A model generated the notes under the pieces. That model ran no database searches, was not told the DNA's origin, and saw only the letters and a list, made by a program, of their open reading frames with translations. From NCBI GenBank assembly GCA_964525165.1, contig CAZGGG010000006.1, positions 97 to 64,096 on the forward strand: 64,000 nt of DNA, in the 5' to 3' direction. This document shows positions 10,227 through 20,600 of the stretch, one piece after another. Numbering within the stretch: the stretch's first letter is position 1; the number at the start of each line of letters is the position of its first letter. Origin of the DNA: an uncultured Saprospiraceae bacterium. GTDB lineage: Bacteria > Bacteroidota > Bacteroidia > Chitinophagales > Saprospiraceae. Made by a program: the position numbers and the translations under genes.

Positions 10227-11329
10227 AAAAGCTGAATCATTTTAGAGGCGATCCGATCAGTTGAACCCGGAGAACCGAGTTGATGCGATAATTCTTGATA
10301 TCCGGATTTGATTTCGGCTCTGCGCTTTGGATCAAACAGAAGGGCTTCCAATTCCGTGCGAAGATTTTCAACATGACATTCTTGTTGTATCCACTCTTTG
10401 ATTAAGGGGCGCTGTACAATCAGGTTCACGAGTGAAATGTACTCAACTTTGATCAACCTTCTGGCTATTTCATAGGTGATTCTGGACGTTTTATAAGCCA
10501 CGAGTTGCGGTACACCGTATAAGGCTGTTTCAAGAGTGGCGGTCCCTGAGGCTACTAAGGCGGCATCTGCTTCCGGAAGGATCGTTTTCGCCCCTTTATC
10601 CGTCAATATGATATGTTTCGGGTGGCCAAAATCGGACAAGAAGGACTCGTAATAGGAGCGGGCTATGCCCGGAGCCTGAATAATGATAAAAGTAAAATCT
10701 TTGAAGGATTGACTGAGTCGGATAAACAAGGGGAGCAATCTTTCAATTTCTTGTTTGCGACTCCCAGGAAGCAGGGCAATCTTTGCATTGGGGCCCGGTG
10801 AGGATAATGCTGCTATAGGGGATGTGACTTCATCTGTAAGGGGATGACCGAAATAATGTACTTGAGATAAGCCTTTCGACAAAAAGTAGTCTTTTTCAAA
10901 GGGTAGAATAACAAAAAGCTGGTCGATGAATCGCTTCATCTTTTCCACTCTCTTTTCTTTCCATGCCCAGACTTGAGGGGCGATGTAATAAAAGGTTTTC
11001 CATCCTTTTTGGTGCGCCCATTCAGCTATTCTTAAGTTGAATCCAGGGAAATCAATGAAGATGATCACATCCGGTTGCCAGTTTTGAATATCTTTTTTGC
11101 AAAAAGATATGTTGGATAAGATTTTGGGTAAATGTTTGACTACCTCAGCAAAGCCCATAAAGCTTAGATCCTCCAAGCGTCTTTGCGCTGGCAGTCCGGC
11201 TGCCTTTTCCATGAGTGCGCCTCCCCAAATCCTGAAGGTAGCTTTTTCATCTTTTGCCGAAAGGCTATGGATTAATTTAGAGGCATGTAAATCTCCGGAG
11301 GCTTCCCCGGCAATGATATAATATCTCAT
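10220..11329 (-). CDS. lpxB: Lipid-A-disaccharide synthase
   Basis: 369 aa. N-terminus YYIIAGEASGDLHASKLI, plus YYIAPQVWAWKEKR and LVASGTATLETAL, which are typical of LpxB. Confidence 0.93.
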   Translation of the reverse strand: MRYYIIAGEASGDLHASKLIHSLSAKDEKATFRIWGGALMEKAAGLPAQRRLEDLSFMGFAEVVKHLPKILSNISFCKKDIQNWQPDVIIFIDFPGFNLRIAEWAHQKGWKTFYYIAPQVWAWKEKRVEKMKRFIDQLFVILPFEKDYFLSKGLSQVHYFGHPLTDEVTSPIAALSSPGPNAKIALLPGSRKQEIERLLPLFIRLSQSFKDFTFIIIQAPGIARSYYESFLSDFGHPKHIILTDKGAKTILPEADAALVASGTATLETALYGVPQLVAYKTSRITYEIARRLIKVEYISLVNLIVQRPLIKEWIQQECHVENLRTELEALLFDPKRRAEIKSGYQELSHQLGSPGSTDRIASKMIQLLK

Positions 11330-11340
11330 TCAACACGTTT

Positions 11341-11646
11341 TCAGCTAAAAAAGGTTGTTCTGAAATAGAAGAACCAAGCCAGGGCAAAAATCATGGTAGG
11401 AAAAAGAATTCCTCTGACGGTATTTATTTCTCCTCTATTCATGAAGAAATGAAAGGGAATAAGATTGAAAATAAGACCGATGAGGCTAATGGTTCTGGGG
11501 CTAAAAGTATCCGTGGCTGCTCTGCCCCAATTCCATTCTGCCATGAAATCAATAAGCGCCCATCCCAAGATGGCCCCTAAAACCGGAACGATCGAGCCAA
11601 TGGCCACCCCCTTCCATAAATTTCCTGAGCTGTATTTTCTTTTCAT
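11341..11646 (-). CDS. Small integral membrane protein, function unknown
   Basis: 101 aa with about 3 hydrophobic helices. Its start overlaps the surE stop (ATGA), and it sits between surE and lpxB on the same strand. Confidence 0.55.
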   Translation of the reverse strand: MKRKYSSGNLWKGVAIGSIVPVLGAILGWALIDFMAEWNWGRAATDTFSPRTISLIGLIFNLIPFHFFMNRGEINTVRGILFPTMIFALAWFFYFRTTFFS

Positions 11647-12425
11647 ATTGTCAAATCTTCATAAGAGGTATTGCTTTCTACCGCCTTGTGAATGGTCAAA
11701 TCATGCCCGCTGGGCACCACTGCGACATATCCATGTTCCAAAGCATGAATATCTGTCCCTTCTGCGGCATCCTCAGCGACAAAACGACCGGTCAACCAAT
11801 AATATTTTTGTCCTCTGGGGTCTTCCCCTTCCTGAAAATCCTCCTCCCAGCGTCCCTCAGCCTGTCGACATACTTTGATGCCTTTGATATCCTGGATGGG
11901 AAGATCTGGAATGTTCACATTGAGTAAATGTGCGTCCCGGATTCCATTTTTTAGTGCATTTTTAATGATAGCAGCGGCAATTTTCGCAGAGGCAGAAAAA
12001 TCCGCATCGAAGGAATAGTTCAAAAGTGAGAACCCAATGGAAGGAACACCTTCTATGGAGGCTTCCATAGCAGCGGACATGGTACCTGAATAAATAATAT
12101 TTACCGATGCGTTTGATCCGTGGTTAATGCCACTCACACACAAGTCGATGGTTCTGTCTTTTAAGACAAGATATTTCGCGAGTTTTACGCAGTCTACCGG
12201 TGTGCCGCTGCATTCATAAGCTTCCACATTATCAAATAAAGCTACTTTGTGGATCCGAATGGGTTCTTCCAAGGTCACGGCATGCCCCTTAGCAGATTGG
12301 GGAGAATTCGGCGCTACGACGACGACTTCTCCGAATTGCATGGCTACTTTTATTAGGTTTTTGATTCCGGGTGCAAACATCCCATCGTCATTTGTGACCA
12401 GAATCAAAGGTTTTGTTTTTTCCAT
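11643..12425 (-). CDS. surE: 5'/3'-nucleotidase SurE
   Basis: KPLILVTNDDGMFAPGI, GINHGSNAS and YSGTMSAAMEA. The ATG at 12425 gives the usual N-terminus; the ORF can extend to 12476. Confidence 0.93.
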   Translation of the reverse strand: MEKTKPLILVTNDDGMFAPGIKNLIKVAMQFGEVVVVAPNSPQSAKGHAVTLEEPIRIHKVALFDNVEAYECSGTPVDCVKLAKYLVLKDRTIDLCVSGINHGSNASVNIIYSGTMSAAMEASIEGVPSIGFSLLNYSFDADFSASAKIAAAIIKNALKNGIRDAHLLNVNIPDLPIQDIKGIKVCRQAEGRWEEDFQEGEDPRGQKYYWLTGRFVAEDAAEGTDIHALEHGYVAVVPSGHDLTIHKAVESNTSYEDLTI

Positions 12426-12558
12426 ATGTATAGAATTGACTAAGGATTGAAAGCTAGTTCTTAAGTTTGCACTCACTTTCTGCTCATTAGGTTGATGTAC
12501 AAAGTAAACAAATATTCAAGTTTATTTATTACGTCAGCGTAAGTTGAATCATGTGCCT

Positions 12559-13545
12559 ATGAAGACCGGGATATTAATTGTGAATTTGGGAACTCCGGAT
12601 GCCCCAACCAGATCAGCCGTCTATCGATACCTCAGAGAATTTCTAACAGATAGGAGAGTAGTCACCTTCCCCTGGCTGGCCAGACAACTACTGGTGCAGG
12701 GAATTATTGCCCCTTTTCGCTCAGGACCTTCCTCAAAAGTTTATAAGGAAGTATGGACGGAGGATGGCTCTCCCCTAAAGATTTTTGGTGAAAACTTAGT
12801 AGCGAAGGTTGATGAGCGGCTAGGTGACGAAGTGATTGTAAAGCTGGCTATGCGTTATCAAAATCCCTCTATTAAAAAAGGGATACAAGAGTTGCTGGCA
12901 GAGGATGTAGAGCGTTTGGTTATATTCCCGCTCTTCCCACAGTATGCATCTGCGACCACGGGTTCCATTTTTGAAGAAGTCATGGATATTCTGAAAAAAG
13001 AATGGTCTATGCCCGAGCTGATATTTATCCAGTCTTACCCGACAGATGCAGACATGATCCAGATATATGTGGATAATGCACGGGAATCTTTTCAGCTGGA
13101 AGATTACGACCACGTACTCTTTAGCTTTCATGGACTTCCCGAGTCTCAGATTTATGATGCTGATCGTCATAATTATTGCAAAGCAGATGGTGTTTGTTGC
13201 CAGCAATGGTGTGCTCAAAATAAAGACTGCTATAGTGCACAATGCTATGCGACCGCAAGAGCTATTGCTGACCAAATGGAAATGGATTCGGACAACTATA
13301 CTGTTTGCTACCAATCCAGGTTGGGTCCCACAAAATGGCTTCAACCCTATACGTCAGAAGTTATTGAGGAGCTTGCTGAAAAGGGAGCTAAAAAGCTGCT
13401 GGTTTTCTGCCCTGCTTTTGTGGCAGATTGCCTGGAAACAACAATAGAAATCGGCGTAGAATACAAAGAAGAGTTTCTGGAGAAAGGGGGAGAATGGGCC
13501 AACACTGTGGTGCGAATGCTTAGAGAAAAGGTGCCGGGTCTGTAA
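12559..13545 (+). CDS. hemH: Ferrochelatase carrying an internal Cys-rich insertion
   Basis: GILIVNLGTPD, FPLFPQYASATTGS, LFSFHGLPES, YQSRLGP.KWLQPYT and FCPAFVADCLETTIEI. The first ATG is at 12559; the TTG at 12544 is also possible. Confidence 0.9.
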   Translation: MKTGILIVNLGTPDAPTRSAVYRYLREFLTDRRVVTFPWLARQLLVQGIIAPFRSGPSSKVYKEVWTEDGSPLKIFGENLVAKVDERLGDEVIVKLAMRYQNPSIKKGIQELLAEDVERLVIFPLFPQYASATTGSIFEEVMDILKKEWSMPELIFIQSYPTDADMIQIYVDNARESFQLEDYDHVLFSFHGLPESQIYDADRHNYCKADGVCCQQWCAQNKDCYSAQCYATARAIADQMEMDSDNYTVCYQSRLGPTKWLQPYTSEVIEELAEKGAKKLLVFCPAFVADCLETTIEIGVEYKEEFLEKGGEWANTVVRMLREKVPGL

Positions 13546-13554
13546 TTTTAGAGA

Positions 13555-14613
13555 ATGGCTACTAAAAAAGAAATCCAACAGTTTGAAGGGCAGTTACAAA
13601 GCCTGAAAAAATCCATACAATTAAAAAACTTTGCTCCTGTCTATCTCTTACATGGGGAAGAATCCTACTTCATTGATCAGGTAGAGCATCTTTTCCTGAA
13701 ACATGTTTTATCAGAATCAGAAAAAAGCTTCAATGAAACCATTTATTACGGAAAGGATACGGAGCCGGAAGATATTGTAGACCAGGCCCAACGTTTTCCA
13801 ATGATGGCAGAGCGGCAATTGGTCGTAGTCCGGGAAGCACAAGAATTAAAAAATCTTGACCCTATTGAGGCCTACGTGGCTCAACCTACTCCTTCAACAG
13901 TTTTAGTGCTTTGCTATAAATATGGAGCGATACCCGGAACAAGGAAAATTGTGAAACACATCAAAAAACAGGGTGTAGTTTTAAAAACGCTTCAGGTACC
14001 TGATTATGAGATGAGTGCCTGGATTAGTCGTTATTTCCAAAGGAAGAACATTCATATCGAAACCAAAGAGGCAAGCTTGCTCGCTGATTATCTGGGAAAT
14101 CAGTTGTCGAAAGTAGAAAACGAGTTGGAAAAGCTCATACTGAATTTGCCGGAAGGCAGTAAAGTGACAACTGACGCTATTGAGCGCTATATTGGTATTT
14201 CTAAAGATTACAATATTTTTGAATTACAGGATGCCTTCACGGACCGCGACGTTGAAAAAGCGATGCGCATTGCCTACCATTTTGCTGCAAATCCAAAGCA
14301 AAACCCTATACAAATGCTCATTGGGAGCCTATTTAGCTTTTTTAGTAAGCTTTATATCCTGCATGGGGTGCAAGGGAAAAGCCCGAAAGAAGTGCAACAA
14401 GCAGTAGGAATTTACAATGAGTTTATTCTCAATAAGCATCGGCAAGCTGCTCGGCAATATTCGAAAAAATCAGTTGAAGCAGTTTTTGATTTACTGTTTG
14501 AATATGACCTGAGAGCAAAGGGCATCATTACTTCAGAATCGGTGGAAGGCTTAATCAAAGAATTAGTTTATCGTATTTTTCATGCCGGAGCGAAAGTCTC
14601 CATGAAGTCGTGA
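13555..14613 (+). CDS. holA: DNA polymerase III subunit delta
   Basis: 352 aa. APVYLLHGEESYFID and RQLVVVREAQELK, with size and helical C-terminal domain as in HolA. Confidence 0.82.
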   Translation: MATKKEIQQFEGQLQSLKKSIQLKNFAPVYLLHGEESYFIDQVEHLFLKHVLSESEKSFNETIYYGKDTEPEDIVDQAQRFPMMAERQLVVVREAQELKNLDPIEAYVAQPTPSTVLVLCYKYGAIPGTRKIVKHIKKQGVVLKTLQVPDYEMSAWISRYFQRKNIHIETKEASLLADYLGNQLSKVENELEKLILNLPEGSKVTTDAIERYIGISKDYNIFELQDAFTDRDVEKAMRIAYHFAANPKQNPIQMLIGSLFSFFSKLYILHGVQGKSPKEVQQAVGIYNEFILNKHRQAARQYSKKSVEAVFDLLFEYDLRAKGIITSESVEGLIKELVYRIFHAGAKVSMKS

Positions 14614-14674
14614 CGCGCCCGGATGATAGTAAATAAAAACTTATCCTAAAGGGAGCAATAAAAGGCTCTGGGGC

Positions 14675-17617
14675 CTAGAGGTTCATCATATATTCATTGA
14701 GATTTTCTTCAGAGTCTAGCTTGAGTTTCTTTCTGAGTCTATATCGCGCGACTTCTACGCCTCGTATGGAAATACCTAATAAGGGGGCGATTTCTTTAGT
14801 GGTCAAGTTTAATTTTAGATAACTACAAAGCTTGAGATCTTTGGGGGTTAGTTCAGGGTGTTGTGTCTTGATTTTCTTGAAGAAGTCATGATGAACCTTT
14901 GTAAAATGGATGGCAAAATCTTCCCAATCTTGCTCGGCTAATTGATCGTTTTTCAAGCGGGTTTCAAGATTTCGTAACTCTTTTCGTGCAGCAGGGTCTT
15001 TAACCTTGGACTTGATCTCAGAAATTCTATCCTTTACATTATTGATCAATTCATTTTTTTGTAGAATGTGCATGGTTGAAGAGGCGAGCTCTTTATTCTT
15101 GAAATCTAGTTGTATTTGATAGTTTTCTTGTTTTAGATTCTTGACTTCTGAGTCTGCTTTCTTTTTGGCCTTCAGGATTTGATGTTTTTCTTTCTTTTGT
15201 TGCTGAGTAGGAATAAAAATAGCCAGAAATAGTCCGGCGAAAAACAAAAAGACATAGATGGATAGTGCAAAATTGGAAAGTAAATAGTGACTTTCCACCC
15301 TTACGATTTCCGAGGCCACAACAGGAAGGATTTTGCCATTATATCTGGCTCTTAATTCGAAGGTGTACATTCCGGACCAGAGATTTTGAAATGACCTTTG
15401 TGTTTCCGTCGTCCAGTTCGTCCAATCTTCACCGGACCCTTTAAGTCTGCTGCTATATTCTATTGAAGAGAAGGGTAGGCCTTCTCCAAGAGCCGAATAA
15501 AATATTTCGAAGGACTTGACGCCGTAGTCAATTTCAACACTTTCCGTAGAGTCTTTTTGGAGAGAGAAAAGAGTTCGAGGGCCTTTGTCTGTTTGTAGGC
15601 CCGTAACCTGAAGATGGACCGGATAGGGTTCTTGTTGAAGGTCCTGGACAATCACCCCCTTTTCACTGCAGATATAAATATGGGAAGAATCGATGTATAA
15701 CTGCTCAAATCCTCCTACAAAGAAATTTTGATGAGCGGCAAGCGTATCTCTTTGTAATTGAGTGCTGGTACCCACAACATTTATGAATAGTCTTCCCAAA
15801 AACTTATCTGTGAGATAAAAGAATTTATCACCAAACTTAAAGATCCTTATCAATCGTTCATTGGCAAACGCATGATTCAATTGAGGGTCGGATTGAAACA
15901 TTCCTTTTCGATCATTGAAGGAATAAATACTGCTATCGTTGGATACGAGAAATTGATCGTTCAGTAGATGGCCGTAGCAATTATTTAGATTTTGAATTCC
16001 ATCAGAAGAGTCTATCTCAGTAATTTCTGCTTCGGTATAGCCCTTGTTGAATATAATTTTGAAGATGCCTTTATACGGATGGGTGACCCATAATCTAGAG
16101 GGTTTGTCTTTTTTCATAATCCTGGCTGACAACTCGAATCCCGGTATTTTATTTTCCATCAACCAGATGCCTTCTTTTTGGGCCAGGATAAAAATACCAT
16201 TGTAGGTTCCTACCGCGATGAGACTATCCTTTAAAGCAACGAATTTCCAACTCCCTACCTCTGTAAAGATGGGGTTCAGCTCATATTTTTCATTTAGATG
16301 GAAGGCACCTTTATTATGAGCCACAAACAGTTCATCATTAATAATATCCAGCCCCCAGCATTCGCCTTCCGAACCGCGTATAAAAATGAAAGGCTTATGC
16401 TCCAAAGGATTGTAATAAGAGGATTTGGGTAAGCGATAAAGCCCGGTACTTGTAGCAAAAATATATTGGCCGTTCCATTGTTCAATATCATAAATGGCTC
16501 CCTCCAATTTGCCATCCGGTGAGAAGGAACTGGGTTCTTGATCCAAAGGGATGACGCAAATTTCTCTATAGGTGGTCAGCCACAACTTTTGGGTATGGTC
16601 GACAGAAATACTGCTAATGGTATTGCTTCTCAGGCCATCTTCCTTATGAATCCACTTCACTAATTTGCCTTGTCTGTCAAAGAGCATTAAGCCGGACAAA
16701 TAGGTTCCAATACAAATGAGGTCTTTCTCTGCCCAATAAAACCCGGATTGAATCAGGTTCTGTTGTAGATGCGAGTCACAATTTGTGGACCAGGCTTGAT
16801 ATTGTCCATTCGTGTATTTATATATTCCATTTGTATTAGTGAGTAAGAGGTGCTCATCATCTGGAAGTAAAAGGATATCAATAATGAAGTCTTCATTAAT
16901 GGCCGGAATGGATGCAAAAAGTTCGTAACCGTTTGGAGTGAGACGATGAATTCCCTTGCCCTTAATATGGAAGAGGAGGCCTTGATTTGTTTTTTGGAGG
17001 AATGTGATTTCTCCTCCGGGTTCTATAAGGTCAACTGATTCACTGTCTCTTCCGAATCGTATGATTTGACGATTAGTCCGTAAGATGATATAATCATTGT
17101 CCGGAATAATTTGCCAAATGTCGGAGAGTTTTTCCGTAATAGATTCAGGTAAGACAGGAATTAAATCATGATAGGATTGCAGGCCATCTGTCAGATTATA
17201 ATACCCGAATTCTCCTTGTGCCCCTACATACAGTCGATTGCGTACAGAATCAACCCAAAGCGAACGAATGATGGTTTTTTGAGGTGTGGTTCGCAGGCTC
17301 CATCCATCTTGATCATAAATGAGGATACCATCATTGTTGGCAATAAAGGAAACAGTGTGCCTGAAATGTTCAATATCCCAAGATTGGGTACCTCCCGGGT
17401 GCTTGGTTTTATCAAAACTATACACTTGAGGCGTGCTTATCTCCTCAAATTGTCCAAATGCGGTTGTGAAAATAAAAACTTGTATTAATATTACGTTAAA
17501 ATATTTTAAATGACTGTAGAATAGGTTATTACATATAAATGATAAGTTTAAATGATGTATTAATGATGTATCGTTTTTCAGTCTGTGATGTATCATTGTT
17601 GTGTTAAAATACAACAT
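14675..17617 (-). CDS. One-component PUL regulator: periplasmic beta-propeller repeats plus Y_Y_Y domain, a transmembrane helix, a coiled coil and a LuxR-type HTH
   Basis: The architecture can be read from the translation. The propeller-like region is long, followed by a YSSRLKGSGEDWTNWT...YTFELRA (Y_Y_Y-like) segment, a TM helix (LSIYVFLFFAGLFLAIFI) and a coiled coil. The C-terminus reads LTPKDLKLCSYLKLNLTTKEIAPLLGISIRGVEVARYRLRKKL (LuxR/GerE HTH). No kinase or receiver motifs were seen. The start is uncertain (ATG at 17617 or 17596). Confidence 0.85.
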   Translation of the reverse strand: MLYFNTTMIHHRLKNDTSLIHHLNLSFICNNLFYSHLKYFNVILIQVFIFTTAFGQFEEISTPQVYSFDKTKHPGGTQSWDIEHFRHTVSFIANNDGILIYDQDGWSLRTTPQKTIIRSLWVDSVRNRLYVGAQGEFGYYNLTDGLQSYHDLIPVLPESITEKLSDIWQIIPDNDYIILRTNRQIIRFGRDSESVDLIEPGGEITFLQKTNQGLLFHIKGKGIHRLTPNGYELFASIPAINEDFIIDILLLPDDEHLLLTNTNGIYKYTNGQYQAWSTNCDSHLQQNLIQSGFYWAEKDLICIGTYLSGLMLFDRQGKLVKWIHKEDGLRSNTISSISVDHTQKLWLTTYREICVIPLDQEPSSFSPDGKLEGAIYDIEQWNGQYIFATSTGLYRLPKSSYYNPLEHKPFIFIRGSEGECWGLDIINDELFVAHNKGAFHLNEKYELNPIFTEVGSWKFVALKDSLIAVGTYNGIFILAQKEGIWLMENKIPGFELSARIMKKDKPSRLWVTHPYKGIFKIIFNKGYTEAEITEIDSSDGIQNLNNCYGHLLNDQFLVSNDSSIYSFNDRKGMFQSDPQLNHAFANERLIRIFKFGDKFFYLTDKFLGRLFINVVGTSTQLQRDTLAAHQNFFVGGFEQLYIDSSHIYICSEKGVIVQDLQQEPYPVHLQVTGLQTDKGPRTLFSLQKDSTESVEIDYGVKSFEIFYSALGEGLPFSSIEYSSRLKGSGEDWTNWTTETQRSFQNLWSGMYTFELRARYNGKILPVVASEIVRVESHYLLSNFALSIYVFLFFAGLFLAIFIPTQQQKKEKHQILKAKKKADSEVKNLKQENYQIQLDFKNKELASSTMHILQKNELINNVKDRISEIKSKVKDPAARKELRNLETRLKNDQLAEQDWEDFAIHFTKVHHDFFKKIKTQHPELTPKDLKLCSYLKLNLTTKEIAPLLGISIRGVEVARYRLRKKLKLDSEENLNEYMMNL
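17553..17593 (+). repeat. Three direct copies of TGATGTAT at 17553, 17564 and 17586 (spacing 11 and 22 bp)
   Basis: Read directly from the sequence. The first two copies extend to AATGATGTAT. They lie 70-110 nt upstream of the SusC-like ATG and overlap the first codons of the divergent regulator ORF. Confidence 0.6.
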
Positions 17618-17662
17618 CCTGCAATTAACAAAAAATAATTTGGAGGTCTACAATCAACGCAT

Positions 17663-20600
17663 ATGAAGAATTTGTACTATCTGGCCGGCCTCATATTATT
17701 ATGTGGTTCGGCAGTTTTAGCTCAATCGAATGTTTCAGGAACAGTATTGGATGCTGAAACAGGGGACCCATTAATCGGAGTGAATATTTCCATTGCCTCC
17801 AATCCGTCAGCGGGCACTATAACTGATTACAACGGGAGTTTTACACTCAATGTCAACACAGGTGATACTTTGGTGGTGTCATATATTGGATACCAAACAC
17901 AATATGTACCGGTAACTATTGGAAGCCCCATGAATATTACGCTAGGGTCTAATTCTGAAGTATTAGACGAAGTAGTTGTGGTCGGATATGGCGCTCAAAC
18001 GAAAAAAGAAGTAACCGGTTCCGTTGGCATCGTGGATGCTAAAACCATAGAGGAACTCAATGTTACTCAAGTTGATCAAGCTCTACAAGGGCAGGTTGCA
18101 GGTGTCCAAATTACCACAAACTCAGGTTCTCCGGGTAGTACAGCAAATATTCGGATTCGGGGAATATCCACAAACGGAGATAATCGTCCTTTAATTTTGG
18201 TTGACGGAAACGTTATTGAAGACTTGAGCGTACTCAACCCTAGCGATATTGAGAGTATTCAAGTCCTGAAAGATGCGACGGCCGGTATCTATGGGGTGCG
18301 CGCTGCGAATGGGGTTGTTCTGATTACTACGAAATCAGGAAAATTTAATCAGCCACTTACCATAGATTTCAACGCTTTCGGAGGAATACAAGAGACTTCA
18401 CGAAAATTGCCTGTATTAAATGCAACACAATACGGAGCGATTATCAATGAAGGCTTTGTAAATGGTGGTCAGGCTCCTCCCTTTAATGATCTTTCACAAT
18501 TAGGTATAGGCACGGATTGGCAAGATGAAGTATTTGAGGCGGCACCCATTTCTAATATTAATCTAACGGCTTCGGCAGGCACAGAAAAGATTTCTTACTC
18601 CATTGGAGGTTCCTATCTAAATCAAGAAGGGATAGTAGGCCCCAAGAAATCTAATTTTGAACGTCTCACAGGAAGGGCAAATGTCACTGCCAATATCATT
18701 GAGCCTTTGAAATTGGAAGGCTCCATCATATATACGTATTCCAACAGGTCAACCTTGCCTGAGAATACATTGGGCTCTGTATTGTTTAATGCTGTGAATA
18801 TGGCACCCACTTTCTCTGTCAGAGATGCTGATGGGAATTATACTTTGGCAGAAGGCCTGGGGAATGAGGTCGTCAATCCGGTGGCACAAATAGAAAATAC
18901 ATTCAACAACTCCAGAGTGACTCGACTTAGTGGTAGAGGTGCTTTACACTACCAAATATTCGAGCATTTAAAATTCACTTCTGCTTTCCAGTTCAATAGG
19001 GCAACAGTGCAGGGCATGAATTTCTTTCCTGAACAATTTTATGGTTCTGGTAAAGTGTTTAATATCGACAGAAATCTGTTGACGACTTCTGATGACCTTT
19101 ATCAGGATTATACCTGGGATAATTTCCTTACGTATGAGCGAAAATATGGTCAGCATAAAGTGAATTTCCTCTTGGGTTCTTCCGCATTTCAAACAGAAGG
19201 ATTCTTAGCAGGTTTCACAGGCTTCGATCTTCCCACTAATAACTTCGACGATGCCTCCATAGATGATGCTTCTGAAGTTATTGATAATTATATAAATGGT
19301 GGCGATCGTTTTGACGTACGACTTTTGTCTTATTTCACCAGACTTCAATATGATTTCGCCAATAAATATCTGTTTACAGCCTCATTGCGACGAGATGGGT
19401 CTTCTGCTTTTGGTCCAGAGAATAGATTCGGATACTTCCCAACCTTTTCAGCAGGATGGGTGGCTTCGGAAGAAGGATTTCTTGACAATGCGGATTGGAT
19501 AGACCTCTTAAAATTGAGAGCTAGTTTTGGGATCATTGGTAATGATCGAATTGACGCCAATGCATTCCGCTCCTTGTTGAACGGAGAGGGAGCTTATGTA
19601 TTCAACAATGAAATTATTTTTGGTTCCTCGGTTGGCCGTTTGTCCAATCCGGAGATCAAGTGGGAAGAGCAGTATTCTTATAATGTCGGTATTGACTTAA
19701 GCATGCTCAGTGAGCGACTTACTTTTGGTTTAGAGTTCTTCTTACGTGAGACCAGAGATTTATTGGTCACCGCTCCCGTTTCCGGGATCCTTGGACCGGG
19801 CGCGCCGGGTTCTTCTGCGCCTTTGATTAATGCGGGTACGATACAGAACAGAGGGATTGAGTTCCAAGCAGGATATCTTTGGGATTTAGGCAAAGATCAT
19901 CAGCTGAACTTCAATTTTAATGTGACTGCTCTGCAAAATGATGTCCTTTCTGTAAATAACGGAGTAGGTTTTATTCAGGGCGGTGCATTTGGTGTCGGTC
20001 AAAGCCCTCCTTCCAGGATGGAAGTGGGATTCCCCATTGGTTACTTCTATGGATATAAAACAGACGGTGTCTTTCAATCTGCCGCTGAATTGGAGAGTCA
20101 TGCCACTCAACAAGATGCCGGTATTGGTGACTTAAAGTTTGTGGATATCGATGGAGATGGTGCTATCACAGAAGATGATCGGACATATTTAGGAGATCCT
20201 ATTCCGGACTTTTTGGCCGGAGGGTCTATACAATACAAATACCGTGGGTTTGATCTTGGTGTCACCGTTTATGGAACTTTCGGAAATGAAGTCGTAAGAA
20301 ACTATGAGCGTGTGCAGCCTTTGACCAATAAGAGTGCCTACTCTTTAGACAGATGGACGGGTCCGAACTCAACTAATGAAGACCCTAGACAGACCATCGG
20401 CGCAACTTCCAACTACCTGTTTTCTGACTATTATGTAGAAGATGGGAGTTACCTCCGAATTCAAAATGCACAGCTAGGGTACAACTTTAGTAATGTCAAA
20501 TGGGCTAAGAATATCCGCGTCTATGTGTCTGTCAATAATTTATTCACTTTTACCCGCTACAGAGGATATGATCCTACTGCTTCAGCAGGATCGCCTATTG

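Noticed and set aside
12820-13344. 174-aa ORF antisense to hemH. The same applies to other long antisense or out-of-frame ORFs: 44413-44889, 37260-37643, 55648-56040, 41332-41634, 11465-11878 and 39793-40167.
   Set aside because: Each is fully embedded opposite, or out of frame with, a confidently identified gene. Their translations are low complexity and Cys/Ser/Leu/Ile-rich with no recognisable motifs. Such ORFs are expected by chance in AT-rich DNA.
13480-13545. Possible frameshift at the hemH 3' end, because the usual ..IPCLN.. segment is missing
   Set aside because: Neither alternative frame continues with ferrochelatase-like sequence; one reads MGQHCGANA-stop. holA starts 10 nt downstream. 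A naturally short C-terminus is the simpler reading.
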